Assembly: GCA_004431415.1 (NCBI GenBank)
Contig: QPMI01000601.1
Location: forward strand, 124,001-188,000
Length of the DNA stretch: 64,000 nucleotides
Source: Cyanophora paradoxa CCMP329
Lineage: Eukaryota; Plantae; Glaucophyta
Direction of reading: 5' to 3'
Shown here: piece after piece, positions 50,276-60,600 of the stretch
Position numbering within the stretch: position 1 is the first letter of the stretch
Layout of the letters: every line of letters begins with the position of its first letter
Program-made: the position numbers and the translations under genes
Notes under the pieces: generated by a model
What the model was told of the DNA's origin: nothing
Seen by the model: only the letters and a program-made list of their open reading frames with translations
Databases searched by the model: none

Positions 50276-50563
50276 ACATGACATATGCGCATTACACCCA
50301 AATTTTAGCGCCTTTTATTTACGACATTCAGTAACAACTTTACGATTCCCGACAATCGGAAAATATCACCACCCAATAAACCCATTTAATCGAGAGATTC
50401 CCGATGAAACCTACAACAATCGAGAGATTCCCGACAATTCACCATCGGACAATCGATGAAATACCCATTTAATCGATTGAATCCATAAAAAACAACAACC
50501 ACTAAACCATTCACAGTTACACCCGTTACACTTCCACATCTCCGATTGATTCACATTACACCC
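50276..50563 (+). repeat. Left terminal inverted repeat of PLV (288 bp)
   Basis: Base-by-base reverse complement of 62841-63128. Starts ACATGACATATGCG. Internal AATCGAGAGATTCCCGA repeats. Confidence 0.97.
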
Positions 50564-50564
50564 A

Positions 50565-50888
50565 TCACATTCGCATAAATTGCATCCAAGTAGCAGGATT
50601 AGCAATACTTACGTCTGATTCGGAAGACATACCTTTTTGGTAATTATAACAGAATTCACAAAGTAGTCCCTGAGACATTGGTTTGAGTTTTTCAGTATCT
50701 CCACAAATCATACAACAGTTTCGGGTTCCCATTCGTTCATACATAGCATTTGCTTTTGCCTGTTGTGAATGTGTTAATTTCAATTCGCCGACGTTTTCAT
50801 TTACCATAGAAACAACCGGACGTCCACTTTTAGCGCCGACGTATTCAGTCATATTACGATGTCGTTCACTTGCTTTTCTCTTACCCAT
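50565..50888 (-). CDS. Small PLV protein with CxxC..CxxC zinc finger (107 aa)
   Basis: CCMICGD...LCEFCY. Upstream CAAAATTTGAC motif on the minus strand. Confidence 0.75.
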   Translation of the reverse strand: MGKRKASERHRNMTEYVGAKSGRPVVSMVNENVGELKLTHSQQAKANAMYERMGTRNCCMICGDTEKLKPMSQGLLCEFCYNYQKGMSSESDVSIANPATWMQFMRM

Positions 50889-50942
50889 CGTTATTACTAC
50901 TTCTCAGATTCCTTTTAAACTTTGTCAAATTTTGCCCCGATG

Positions 50943-50954
50943 CAAAAAATGACG
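50943..50954 (+). promoter_or_regulatory. Putative viral early promoter motif CAAAAAATGACG (also at 51498, 57100, 57616; variant at 50924-50934 on minus strand)
   Basis: The motif lies 26-92 nt upstream of each non-structural gene, usually followed by an ACTTAAA box. Confidence 0.65.
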
Positions 50955-50994
50955 CTTTAAAACTTAAAACTTTACAACGATACACTTGTAATCA

Positions 50995-51507
50995 ATGGCG
51001 ACCAAACGAACCGCGGACATTCTGTGTTATAACATGGACTTCTTACCTAATTCAAATAGTGTTTACGCTGATTTTTTCGGAGATAATCTAACTGATGAAT
51101 CTATTTCGATTATATTTGGTGTATACAAGTGTTTGCATCAATTCCAAGGTGTAACATCAGATATGCTACACAAATGCTTCCTTACCAATAGACTCGATGA
51201 ATTGATTCATAAAAGAAATAAAAATAATCCATCGGGCTATTTCAAGAAGTTGAAAGAAAAAGGAATTATTATAGGAAAAACTTGTTTTTCAGAGCAGCAA
51301 GACATACCTAAATTCGAAATACTTGATGACAGTTATTGTATTAATTGTGGGCATGCAGATTATCTAACAGAAAATCACCCACGATTCACAGCGCCACCTG
51401 ATTGTTATGTTTGTTGTGAATTTCTTTGTAAAAAGTGCGCATACTACGACAAACAAAAGTATTCATTCGTGCATTTCAAATGTAGCCCAAAAATGGGCAA
51501 AAAATGA
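50995..51507 (+). CDS. PLV protein with C-terminal Cys-rich zinc finger (170 aa)
   Basis: CINCGH...CYVCCEFLCKKC...HFKC. Confidence 0.75.
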   Translation: MATKRTADILCYNMDFLPNSNSVYADFFGDNLTDESISIIFGVYKCLHQFQGVTSDMLHKCFLTNRLDELIHKRNKNNPSGYFKKLKEKGIIIGKTCFSEQQDIPKFEILDDSYCINCGHADYLTENHPRFTAPPDCYVCCEFLCKKCAYYDKQKYSFVHFKCSPKMGKK

Positions 51508-51535
51508 TGTCCCAAAAAAATAACAATTAAAAACA

Positions 51536-52011
51536 ATGGATTACTACGGAGTTTTTTTTTTTTTTTTTTTGGTGAATTACCGGCCACAGTCTCTAGACAC
51601 CAGCACTGCGGGGTTTACATGTTGGATATTGAAAATCCGGAATTACATAAAGATCTTCTCGAAAACAACGGGGCTGAATGGGATCCGGACACAAAATTAT
51701 GGTTTGTCGAAGACGAAAATAACGAACTTTTAAAACAATTCCGTGTAAAACATCCGGGTGAATTCGACCAAGATTACGTTAAACAATTCCACCGCCAGTA
51801 TTTCGTGGCTGATATCAAAGCAAGACTACCGGAGATTGCGGCAAAGCGTATATTTACTCAGTCATCATTACGCAAATATATTAAAAAACAAGGCGCTACA
51901 TACGATCCTCAGTATCGTTTATGGTATGTTACTGATCCTGAAAGTGAGATATGCAAGATCTTTAAGATGTTCACACTCGAACAGGTAGAAGATCTGAGAA
52001 GACCAAATTAA
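51536..52011 (+). CDS. Tandem DUF5710-like protein; original start 51536 frameshifted by a retro-insert, in-frame ATG at 51619 retains 130 aa
   Basis: Two GAxWDPxxKLW(F/Y)V-type repeats (GAEWDPDTKLWFV, GATYDPQYRLWYV). Removing the 62-bp insert gives MDYYGVY-MLDIENPEL. Confidence 0.75.
51555..51612 (-). mobile_element. Extremely 5'-truncated poly(A)-tailed retro-insertion
   Basis: Poly-T plus GGTGAATTACCGGCCACAGTCTCTAGACACCAGCACTGCGGG, flanked by GTTT duplication (51551-54, 51613-16). Homologous to host copies at 49621 and 49859. Confidence 0.8.
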
Positions 52012-52760
52012 ACCGTAATCGTCGTGGGTTCATTACTAATTCTTATCGATTCTCTCTTTTTTATCGCTCGTCTCTTAACAAACTTGCGAAACGCTTTCAT
52101 GTCATCATCTGTTATTATTGCACGGTCTGTGTATACTTTGATGTCATAACCTTGTAACCCAGTTATAACGGTCTGATAATTGTAACCCCAAAGTCTATGT
52201 AGTTCTTTGTAAGTCTTCTTGTCCAATCCACCGTTATATTCATCGAATGCACAGTTAAACTCTTTCTCATTTCCTAAAATGTTAAAGAATACCACAAATT
52301 CCACATTACGACGAATGGTAGTAGAAATAGAACATATACGTTGGACATTGAAAATAACGGTTATACCATAATGTCTTCCGCTCGTTACCAGTTTGGATAA
52401 CACAGCCGAATTATGCATATCCAAATTAGAACCTATCATGTCATCTAAAATTATTACCAAACTATTACGCTTCTCATTGTTTTCGATTCGTTTCTTTTGC
52501 ATACTAATTAGTTTCACTACCACATTATCATCCCATTCCTCATAGATGTTACCAGGATGCGTTATATCTTTGAATTGACCGGTAAACGCAGTGGAACTAA
52601 ATACTACAATCTGATCGATCTTATCGCGCAGTTCATAAAGTAGATATTTACAATACGTTGTCTTACCAGAATTGGAGCGCCCGGCAAGCAAAAAACGCGA
52701 AGGTAATTTAGCAGTTTTAACCGGGTCGAATTCGGGAATATCATTTAAATCTATATCCAT
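52008..52760 (-). CDS. A32-like (FtsK/HerA) genome packaging ATPase
   Basis: Walker A GRSNSGKT, Walker B LVIILDD, GRHYGITVIFNVQ (arginine finger/Q motif), IRRN. Confidence 0.93.
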   Translation of the reverse strand: MDIDLNDIPEFDPVKTAKLPSRFLLAGRSNSGKTTYCKYLLYELRDKIDQIVVFSSTAFTGQFKDITHPGNIYEEWDDNVVVKLISMQKKRIENNEKRNSLVIILDDMIGSNLDMHNSAVLSKLVTSGRHYGITVIFNVQRICSISTTIRRNVEFVVFFNILGNEKEFNCAFDEYNGGLDKKTYKELHRLWGYNYQTVITGLQGYDIKVYTDRAIITDDDMKAFRKFVKRRAIKKRESIRISNEPTTITV

Positions 52761-52888
52761 TACTGTGTGTCCGTTACAGTAATAAGATAAAAAACAAAAT
52801 CATGCGCTAACCTATACGCAATTTGCAGGCTTCCTACTTTAAAGAAAGAAAAAAGAATCGTCAGACAAGCCGACTCGGCGGCGCCCTT

Positions 52889-55109
52889 TTAAAAGTTGGA
52901 AACTTTCAGTGTCGAAATGTTATAGCCATTGAGAACCATGACATTGTGACGGAGCGCGTAAATATCCACCTGAACCGGCGCCTCATCGGTGCAACCAGAA
53001 ACTACAAGATCCATGTAAGAACTTGAAGAATTGAAGAAGTCTTGATAACCCATGACCGAATTATGGAGAGAATCCTTACCGCTCTTGCTTAGGACAACAC
53101 CATAAACACATCCATCCTCAAAACCAAGATCAGAATTGCCCACAGTGCATCCCTTGTAGTGAGACGGGATATGGTTTACAGCAGACAGGAAACCGCCAAT
53201 AGGTTTGTTTGAGATTTCAAGCGATCGGTTGTTATGGAAAATTTGGAACTGTTCAATTTTCACATTGGAATAGTAACCAGAAAGAGTCGAATGTGTGTAT
53301 TTATCAAGCTCATTGGTTTCACGAACAGTCATAAGAATTGAATGAACCAGACCGGAAACACTCGCAAGTGTAACCTCGACATTTTGCCCATCATCCGCCG
53401 CTTTAAGCGCTCGGGTCTTCTTGTGGATCACTTCCGTAATCGGGATGCGAATACCTCCTTGTTCATTCGCCGTCTTTAAGAGGTTCTCAGCTTCCGCAGA
53501 AGCAATATTAACGAATTGACAGATTAGCGCGCAATCACCCATAGTGACATTTCCACCAGCAGGAACCAAAACTACTGAATTCTCCGACGCTCACGGCAGC
53601 TGAACGGCAGGCGCAGATGTGCGTGCTACGGGGGCTGCCCCCGGCGGGCCTCACCGATATGATTCGCGAGACCGTCACGGACGCCAAGAAAGCTGCCCAG
53701 GTCGTGCGCAAGCTGACGACGGCCATAGGCGAGCAGGCCCATAAAACGTGGGCCGCCAGATGCCAGGCGTACGCGGAGTGGGAGAAGGCGTGCGGGATCA
53801 CGAAGGTCATGAAAGAACGTCGCGCCAAGGCGAAGCGCACTGAGGCGCGCGGGCGCGAGGCCGACGCGCCGCCTGACGATACGGCTGGCAACGCTCGCAG
53901 GAAGCGCGCGGATCCGGAGCCCCGGCAGCGGGAACGCTGCAGGGAGTGCGGTGCCCTCGAGTCCCGCCACCAAGGCGGGGAAACCCTAGCCCTCTCACAC
54001 CTGAGCTGCCCGCCAGACGACTACGGCTGGGTCCGGGCTTCAGCGGCCATGCAAGTATACGACCATACGAACAGGTATGCTTGGGGCGTGGGCACACAGA
54101 GGGCGCGCCCGCGCTAGAGGGAGACACTGGGGGATTGCGGTCTGGGGGCGGGGCCGGAGGACGCAACACCAACAAATGGAGGCGGCGGAGGCGACGGCAG
54201 GAGGCGGCCAGTAGCCCAATCTACTGGGGCTGGCGAGGAGCCTGGCACACGGCGCGGCGAGGCCCTTGGGCAGCGCTGGCGGCGGACATACCATGATTGG
54301 GAGTCTTTTGTAGAGATAGGACCTCGTAGCCGGGAGTTTAGGTTGGTTTAGAAATCGATACAGCTAGCTTCCACATCATTAGTATTAGTTAGAAACCTCC
54401 TTAGCTAGATATCTAGACACGAAACCTTCAAACCTTTCGTTCATTTTGTACTTTCTAAAGCACAGCATACGACGGTCCTCGATAGTATCTAGTCGGAGAG
54501 ATTTATTGGGCGATGTGAAACTCATTGTAGTTGTGTTGTGTGCTAATGCAAGAGATTTTCCAAAACTACTGAATTCTCGCGAAAATCTACCTCGATAGTG
54601 GGCATGTCCGCAAGAACGCAAAGGGGGAAATATGCATCATCCCAGAATTGGGCAGGAATCTTAATGATATATTCCGTAGATTCGTCAGTGCTAAGGCGAC
54701 TAATTTCACGGAAATATCCAAGAGAAGCGCGCATAGTAGCCATGGTTGCTGTGTCATTGTCTACCAGAGCATTAACAGTGATCCAATCGCCAGGGATGAT
54801 ATACTTAAACCCACCGTGGACAAAACGAACCTCTTTAATGTAAGAAGCGCCACCATTGGGAAGAGTGCAAGCAACACCACCACCGGTAGTAACCTTAAAG
54901 TAAAGTGAAACGCCACTTAGTAGTTGCTTGCGTGGTAGATCAAAATAAGCGGTCGTTTTGAAACCGAAAGTATTACCACGTGGGCGAACCTGTTCAAGGA
55001 ACGGCTTATATTTGGGGTTGGTTCCGATTTGGAGACCGGGAGATAGATAAATTTGATCCGATCCGGGAGTAACGAGGAGTTCTTTAAGGGTCGTTCCAGT
55101 AAGCGCCAT
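52889..55109 (-). pseudogene. Major capsid protein (double jelly-roll, ~408 aa reconstructed) interrupted by a LINE fragment
   Basis: ORF 55109-54543 and ORF 53569-52889 join in frame (...DFRENSVVL|VPAGGNV...) once the insert and one 19-bp TSD copy are removed. Beta-rich, lies between ATPase and penton, PLV-MCP-like motifs (FDLPR, FPL). Confidence 0.8.
53585..54559 (+). mobile_element. 5'-truncated non-LTR retrotransposon (975 bp) with 19-bp TSD
   Basis: TSD CCAAAACTACTGAATTCTC at 53566-53584 and 54560-54578. GC-rich insert. ORF remnant TWAARC..AEWEKACGIT resembles the C-terminus of the element at 8.3-11.4 kb. Confidence 0.88.
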
Positions 55110-55161
55110 GTCTTATGTTTAAAATACGAAAAGAAATTTTTAAATTACATTATTAAACAGA

Positions 55162-56067
55162 ATGACGCGTTACTATCTTAATATTGATTCCCGGGATCGG
55201 GATGATGGAACCCCTACAAACTATTCTTATAAACTTCCCCATGCAATCCAAAATGTTAAAGCATGCCGTGTTACCAATTTCGAAATGTTTAATAACATTT
55301 ACAATCTCAGCGAAAACGGAGCGCTTGTAACATCCACACTCGATGGACAAGGAGTAACCAAAACGAAAAACAACGTGATTTCGAAAGGGACTTACACAGC
55401 GGATAGTTTGGTGAATTATCTAAATGCTCTTCTGATATCTCAGGTCTACGGTGCAGCAGGGACTACATACACCCGTCATTTCAATGTGTCTTATGATCCA
55501 ATAACAATGAAACTAAGGATTATTGGTGAAGTAGCATTTACCATACGTTTCGGTAGCATGATTTTAGCCAATTTCCTCGGTTTCCCGGATCCATCACTAA
55601 ATGGCTCGGCGGGTGTAGGTTATCCATCTACTCCTCTCGATTCACCACAGCAAGTAGGTGCTTATACTTATAATCACTATCTCGACAGTGTCATACCGCT
55701 CGACCTTCTGTTTAATTCTTACATCCTTCTACATGTCGATCCACTCAAAGGTAATTACGTAAGCAAGAATACCAGCGACGATAAAGCGTTAGCTAAAATT
55801 GAAATTGACCAGACGGTAGGTAGTCTCCTAAAATACGATTCTACCAATAACTCTATGATCATCCATGAGCAAAACGGATTAGTGGAAGTTGAGACGCTTA
55901 AAGTGCGTTTGACGTATTGGAATGGTAACGAAACGGACATTACCACGGATTGGTCAATGACTCTCGAACTGATCACCGAAGATGAAAAGGATCTTACGAA
56001 AGCAGCATTGAAAAACGTTATAAGGGATTTGGAAAATGTCTATTTACCGTTTGGTCGTAATATGTAA
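55162..56067 (+). CDS. Minor capsid protein (penton), 301 aa
   Basis: YLNIDSRDR...NYSYKL...IQNVK...NNIYNL and C-terminal LKVRLT..G....DWSMTLEL are typical of PLV pentons. Confidence 0.85.
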   Translation: MTRYYLNIDSRDRDDGTPTNYSYKLPHAIQNVKACRVTNFEMFNNIYNLSENGALVTSTLDGQGVTKTKNNVISKGTYTADSLVNYLNALLISQVYGAAGTTYTRHFNVSYDPITMKLRIIGEVAFTIRFGSMILANFLGFPDPSLNGSAGVGYPSTPLDSPQQVGAYTYNHYLDSVIPLDLLFNSYILLHVDPLKGNYVSKNTSDDKALAKIEIDQTVGSLLKYDSTNNSMIIHEQNGLVEVETLKVRLTYWNGNETDITTDWSMTLELITEDEKDLTKAALKNVIRDLENVYLPFGRNM

Positions 56068-56099
56068 TTTTGCGTTATATTTTTGTCTTGTTATTTCAA

Positions 56100-56876
56100 A
56101 TGGCTCGTAAGACACAACCCAAGAGCGGCTCGCAAGCGAGCCTTGGCTCGCGCCTTTTCTTAGCGAAACCCGTCGAACAAGCGGAACCGGAACGGAAGCA
56201 TTACAAGAAATCGAAAGGAACCGCAGCATACGGAACCGCTGATATCGAAAAGAATATTAATAATACGATTAATTCCAGTGCTGTGGCGCCAGTAGACGAC
56301 ATTAACGATGGTAACGCCTTAGTTGAGCAAGTGCCGCTAAACCGTATGCCGGGTGCAAAGCGTGGGATTAAGAAAGGACAATTTAAGAGCGCGACAATCG
56401 ATAAGGTCGATAAAAAGTCGACTCTTCTTAAACTCCTCGATGGTGGCGAGCGTCTGTATTCCACATATTCGGAAAAAGACCACCGTAACCGTTACTTTAT
56501 CAGAGCAACTACCGGTGGACTGAAAACGATCACATACAAACACGCTAAAAGTCTCATTGAGGGAATCGCCGATGAGACGCAGAAAGAGAAGAAGATAACG
56601 GAGCAACCGATAACCAAAGAGAAGGTAGACAAGAAACCCGATGTTACGTTTGATGTCCTTCCCGATCCAATCAAAGAGGAGAAACACACACCGACGGAAT
56701 TAATCGCTAAGACGATCGATTACCAAGAATCCAATAAAACGGATTTGCCGGTGTTAAATAAATCAATCTTGCGGGTTGCTACATCGCAATCTGACCCGCT
56801 TAACTCCATTCCCAATGCGGCGCCGATGCTTTCCGGATTCGCTAAATTGGGTCTCCGTCCGGGTTACAGGCGTTAA
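56100..56876 (+). CDS. Lys-rich PLV hypothetical protein (258 aa), possible virion core protein
   Basis: Intact ORF from ATG 56100, directly after the penton gene, basic composition. Confidence 0.7.
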   Translation: MARKTQPKSGSQASLGSRLFLAKPVEQAEPERKHYKKSKGTAAYGTADIEKNINNTINSSAVAPVDDINDGNALVEQVPLNRMPGAKRGIKKGQFKSATIDKVDKKSTLLKLLDGGERLYSTYSEKDHRNRYFIRATTGGLKTITYKHAKSLIEGIADETQKEKKITEQPITKEKVDKKPDVTFDVLPDPIKEEKHTPTELIAKTIDYQESNKTDLPVLNKSILRVATSQSDPLNSIPNAAPMLSGFAKLGLRPGYRR

Positions 56877-57203
56877 GCATCATTCTTACGTTAAAATTTT
56901 CTTTTCAAAGAATAGCGTTAAACATCCATCTCCGAATTTTAGCGCTCACGTTTACTTATTTTTATAAGTGGCGTTGTAGAGAAGTTGTGATATCCATGTA
57001 TCACGCTTTTTAATCACCTGTTCTACGGGGTTCATTCGTAGAATCGAGGAAGCGAAGACTTTCGGCTTATTTTTCCGGCATCTTCTTATTATCGATGCGC
57101 AAAAAATGACGGCGTTTTAAAAAACTGATCGACATGTTATATACACGATAAGAAAAGGACTTAAAGATTTCTTGCTATATATCAGAAGAGGAACAGCAAG
57201 AGA

Positions 57204-57458
57204 ATGCCGCTAAGCGAATCTCAGAAACGCGCGATTTATCGCTACCGCAGCACAGAAAAGGGTATGTTAGCGCTTGCGCGATTCAATGAAAAGCGCAATG
57301 TTAAGTGGAGTGAATTGTATAATAACGATGACGCATTTAGACAGAAACACATAGCAACGTCATGCAAGGCGCAGTATGTAAATAACACGATTCTATACAT
57401 TAAGTATCTATTCGACGTCCCGCGAACTAATCGGGGTCGCCCATCAATTCATTGTTAA
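57204..57458 (+). CDS. Small basic putative DNA-binding protein (84 aa)
   Basis: MPLSESQKRAIYRYR N-terminus of a type common in PLV/virophage small proteins. Preceded by the shared promoter motif. Confidence 0.7.
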   Translation: MPLSESQKRAIYRYRSTEKGMLALARFNEKRNVKWSELYNNDDAFRQKHIATSCKAQYVNNTILYIKYLFDVPRTNRGRPSIHC

Positions 57459-57688
57459 TCCTTTTTTCCCGGCGCGATCGCTGAGGAAGACAGGCGCAAC
57501 CGCGCTTAAAACAATACACTGTTTGAGTTATTTTTAAGACCATCGAATGGTGGTCGACCCTTTTGTTATTTTTATTAAACCCTCAAAGCGGATTTTGTGG
57601 ATTTTGCGGTGTCGCCAAAAAATGACGCAATGTATGAAAAGCACTTAAAGAAATAAAATATAGTGTATATAATAAGAACGCCTATAAG

Positions 57689-60600
57689 ATGTTTTCATTT
57701 GCAACAGTGAAGAATATCATCGGATCTGTGGTAGAGTCCATTAGCAATCTACCCGGTATTCGCAGCATCCCGTTTATCGGTAATGCAATTAAGCGAATCG
57801 CTAATGATCGTTTCGAAAGAGTCGTAAAGGAACTCGAAGCAAGGAAGAGTGAGAAGAAGGAGAAGACTAAGGAGGAAATCCGCGAAGAGCGGAAGAAGCG
57901 CAAGCAGGAGAAGAAGGAGAAGCGCGCACTGAGAACGATTAAGAACATTCAGAAGCAAGAAGGGAAGAAGTTCAAGGGAAAGGTAAGGCGTCTCATTCGT
58001 CGTATTGAAGCAGAAAATGGCGAAACTGTTTCGGTTCATGTAAGATTCTATACACTTCCCGATGATATCGATAATCTACCACAGGGCTATGATGTTATCT
58101 TACACAAAGACACGCCTTACGTTGAGACACAGAAGAGCGGAAAGAGGGCATTAATTATGACTTGCCCGAAAGACGTATTGATTGCAAGACTTACCGAAGT
58201 CGAAGACGAATTTAATAACTTTCTTGCCGTTTGGTCGCTCGATACTATCGCCGCTTTCCTTCTTAATATCGCTGATCGTAACGCAAATAACAGGGATTAC
58301 AATTATGTGCGAATTTTCGCTTACCCACAACTCCGTGAGTCTCCTATTTCATATCCCGATGTTATGACAATTGAGGAAATTGTAGTAAGTGACAATACCA
58401 CTGTATACCCTCTGAATGAAAGAGCGCTTAGAGACGGAGAGGCGCCTAAGATCGTTTCGCGTTTCATCAAATATTCACTTAATGGTGGCGCAAAATCTGT
58501 ATTGGATCAGATTAAACCCGATGGGTCACTTATCATCAAGGATTGCTTAATAGAGGCGCTACATCAGGTCATTGTGAAATCTTTCGAATATGCCCACAGT
58601 ATCAGCAAATACAAGAAGGTTAAGTATTCGAAGGAATGGCTTTATGAGCAGATCAAAGGACACGCGCCTACTGACACATCCGATTGGGGGACGTCCTTTA
58701 ACGAAATACTACCATTCTTGCAAAAGTGGCGCATCCGCTTTATCGCAATCGGAAAAGACGACAAGGTTATACATTCTCTGTGTTACAAACCTACCCGGAC
58801 AAATTCACACCTTGTCCCGGCAAGCGTTTACGTTCAGATCTCTAACGATCACGTGTATGTGTTGAATAAAGACCTTAGTAAACTTGTGCGATCTTTCAAT
58901 GGAACAGCGGCGCGCGAAACAAAAGCGGTGGGTTCATCGTCGTTAAAATACAAGATCAAAACACAGTTTAACGATATCAGCTATCCGGCATACTCTGAGG
59001 AAGAAATAGTGGAGATTGTTAAACGTGAGAAGGAAAACGCAACCTCAAAAATCACGATCACTTACAGTAAACCGTTATTCGAATTGTTGGGAAGTTTCAG
59101 AAGAGCAAACCACGAAGTTAACGCGACTATTTCCGATGAAGGTATAGTTAGCTACATCCATTACAAGATCGAAGACAAAGATGTAGTTATACTACCGCCA
59201 GGCAATATGGTGAATATGGATGATGTCGACGTTAACCTTAGGGATGAAGAACACCGAAAACTCTTTAACGAAATGTCGCAGATGCTAAACCGTGCGCTCA
59301 TTAACAAACATGTTAAGAGCAAATACAACCCGGAGACATTCGCCGCATTCACGAAAGGACAACAGAGCGCATTAAATGGGTTTTTCGTGACTTCTAACGC
59401 TGAATTGCGGGAATTGTTTGAAGGTGTTATGTGTGGCGCGATCGATACGTATAAATTGGATATCTCCAAAGCATACACACATATCGTATCGAAACTCATC
59501 AAAAACTTCCCGGTTTTCAGCTCATTCGATCGATTCGAAAAGGTTGTGGTAACGTGTAGCGATGATATCGAAGCGGACGCCTTCTATTCAGTGAAAGTAA
59601 GAGCGAAACACTTTACGGTAAATCGTAAAGACCAATTGATTAACAACATGTCGCCATACAAACGTATCCTTGTAGACTCAAAATACAACCTTCTGTATGG
59701 TGGCGTGTTGAAAGAGTTCTACGATGACATCCGCGACGACGTGATTATAGAAGCAGTGGTAAGACCATACCGGGTTGTTAAAAACGTCACATTGCAGGCT
59801 TTCAAGCAGTTGTTTGCGTCTAACCTTTCGATCAAGGAAAAGAAGGATATCAGTAATCACAATATCGGGAAGTTTGGTAAGAAATCCCAGCAAAAAGTGC
59901 AAACAACGATATTCTTTAACAAGAACGACGCGCTTAACTTTGTCCGAGAGAACGGCGGTAAACTGAGATCGCTAAATTTCGATTCAAAGAAGCCGAAGCG
60001 GACGACTGTAAGGAATGAGGCAAAGACGGAGACACCGATGTTATGGTATGTAAACCAGCTCGGAGAAGAGAAGACGCTTATAGATGGTTTCCTACCTATC
60101 CAGTGTCAGATTTACAGTATCATGCGTGGGGTCATGTATAAACTGTCTAAGGATCTATTGGCTAATGGTGTTGGAGTTCTACGCATCAGAACCGATGAGT
60201 TTCTTATAGACAAGCCATACCCATTTGAGCCGTTTGACCGCGACCTTTTCGAAAACACCGGAAAGTATGACGTGAAACCGTTTAATGTTACTCCGATTAT
60301 ATCACAGGAGTCAAAGAAGAAGCGGAATAATGCTAATGGGTGGATCACATTCGACAGACTGAGACAACGCGACGAGAGGTTTATTACGGTCGAGAAGGTG
60401 AATCATAAGGTGTTCAAGTTTAAGGATGAATACAACGTGGAAGCCATCGTGAATGCTATGGACGGAAAGGGTAACGTGATTATTCGCGGTGTCAAACCCG
60501 GGACAGGTAAGACCACGTTAGCGAAGGCGATGACACGGAAGTATGGTAAAAACTGTCTTTTCATTGCGCCGACTAACATTCGATGCAAGCAGCTACGCAT

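Noticed and set aside
50411-50605. Small ORFs within the TIRs (also 62945-63169)
   Set aside because: Lie in repeat-rich non-coding TIR sequence and lack coding features.
53585-54559. Insert in MCP as a spliceosomal or self-splicing intron, or an intein
   Set aside because: Flanked by a 19-bp target duplication, carries an opposite-strand LINE C-terminal remnant, and introduces stops.
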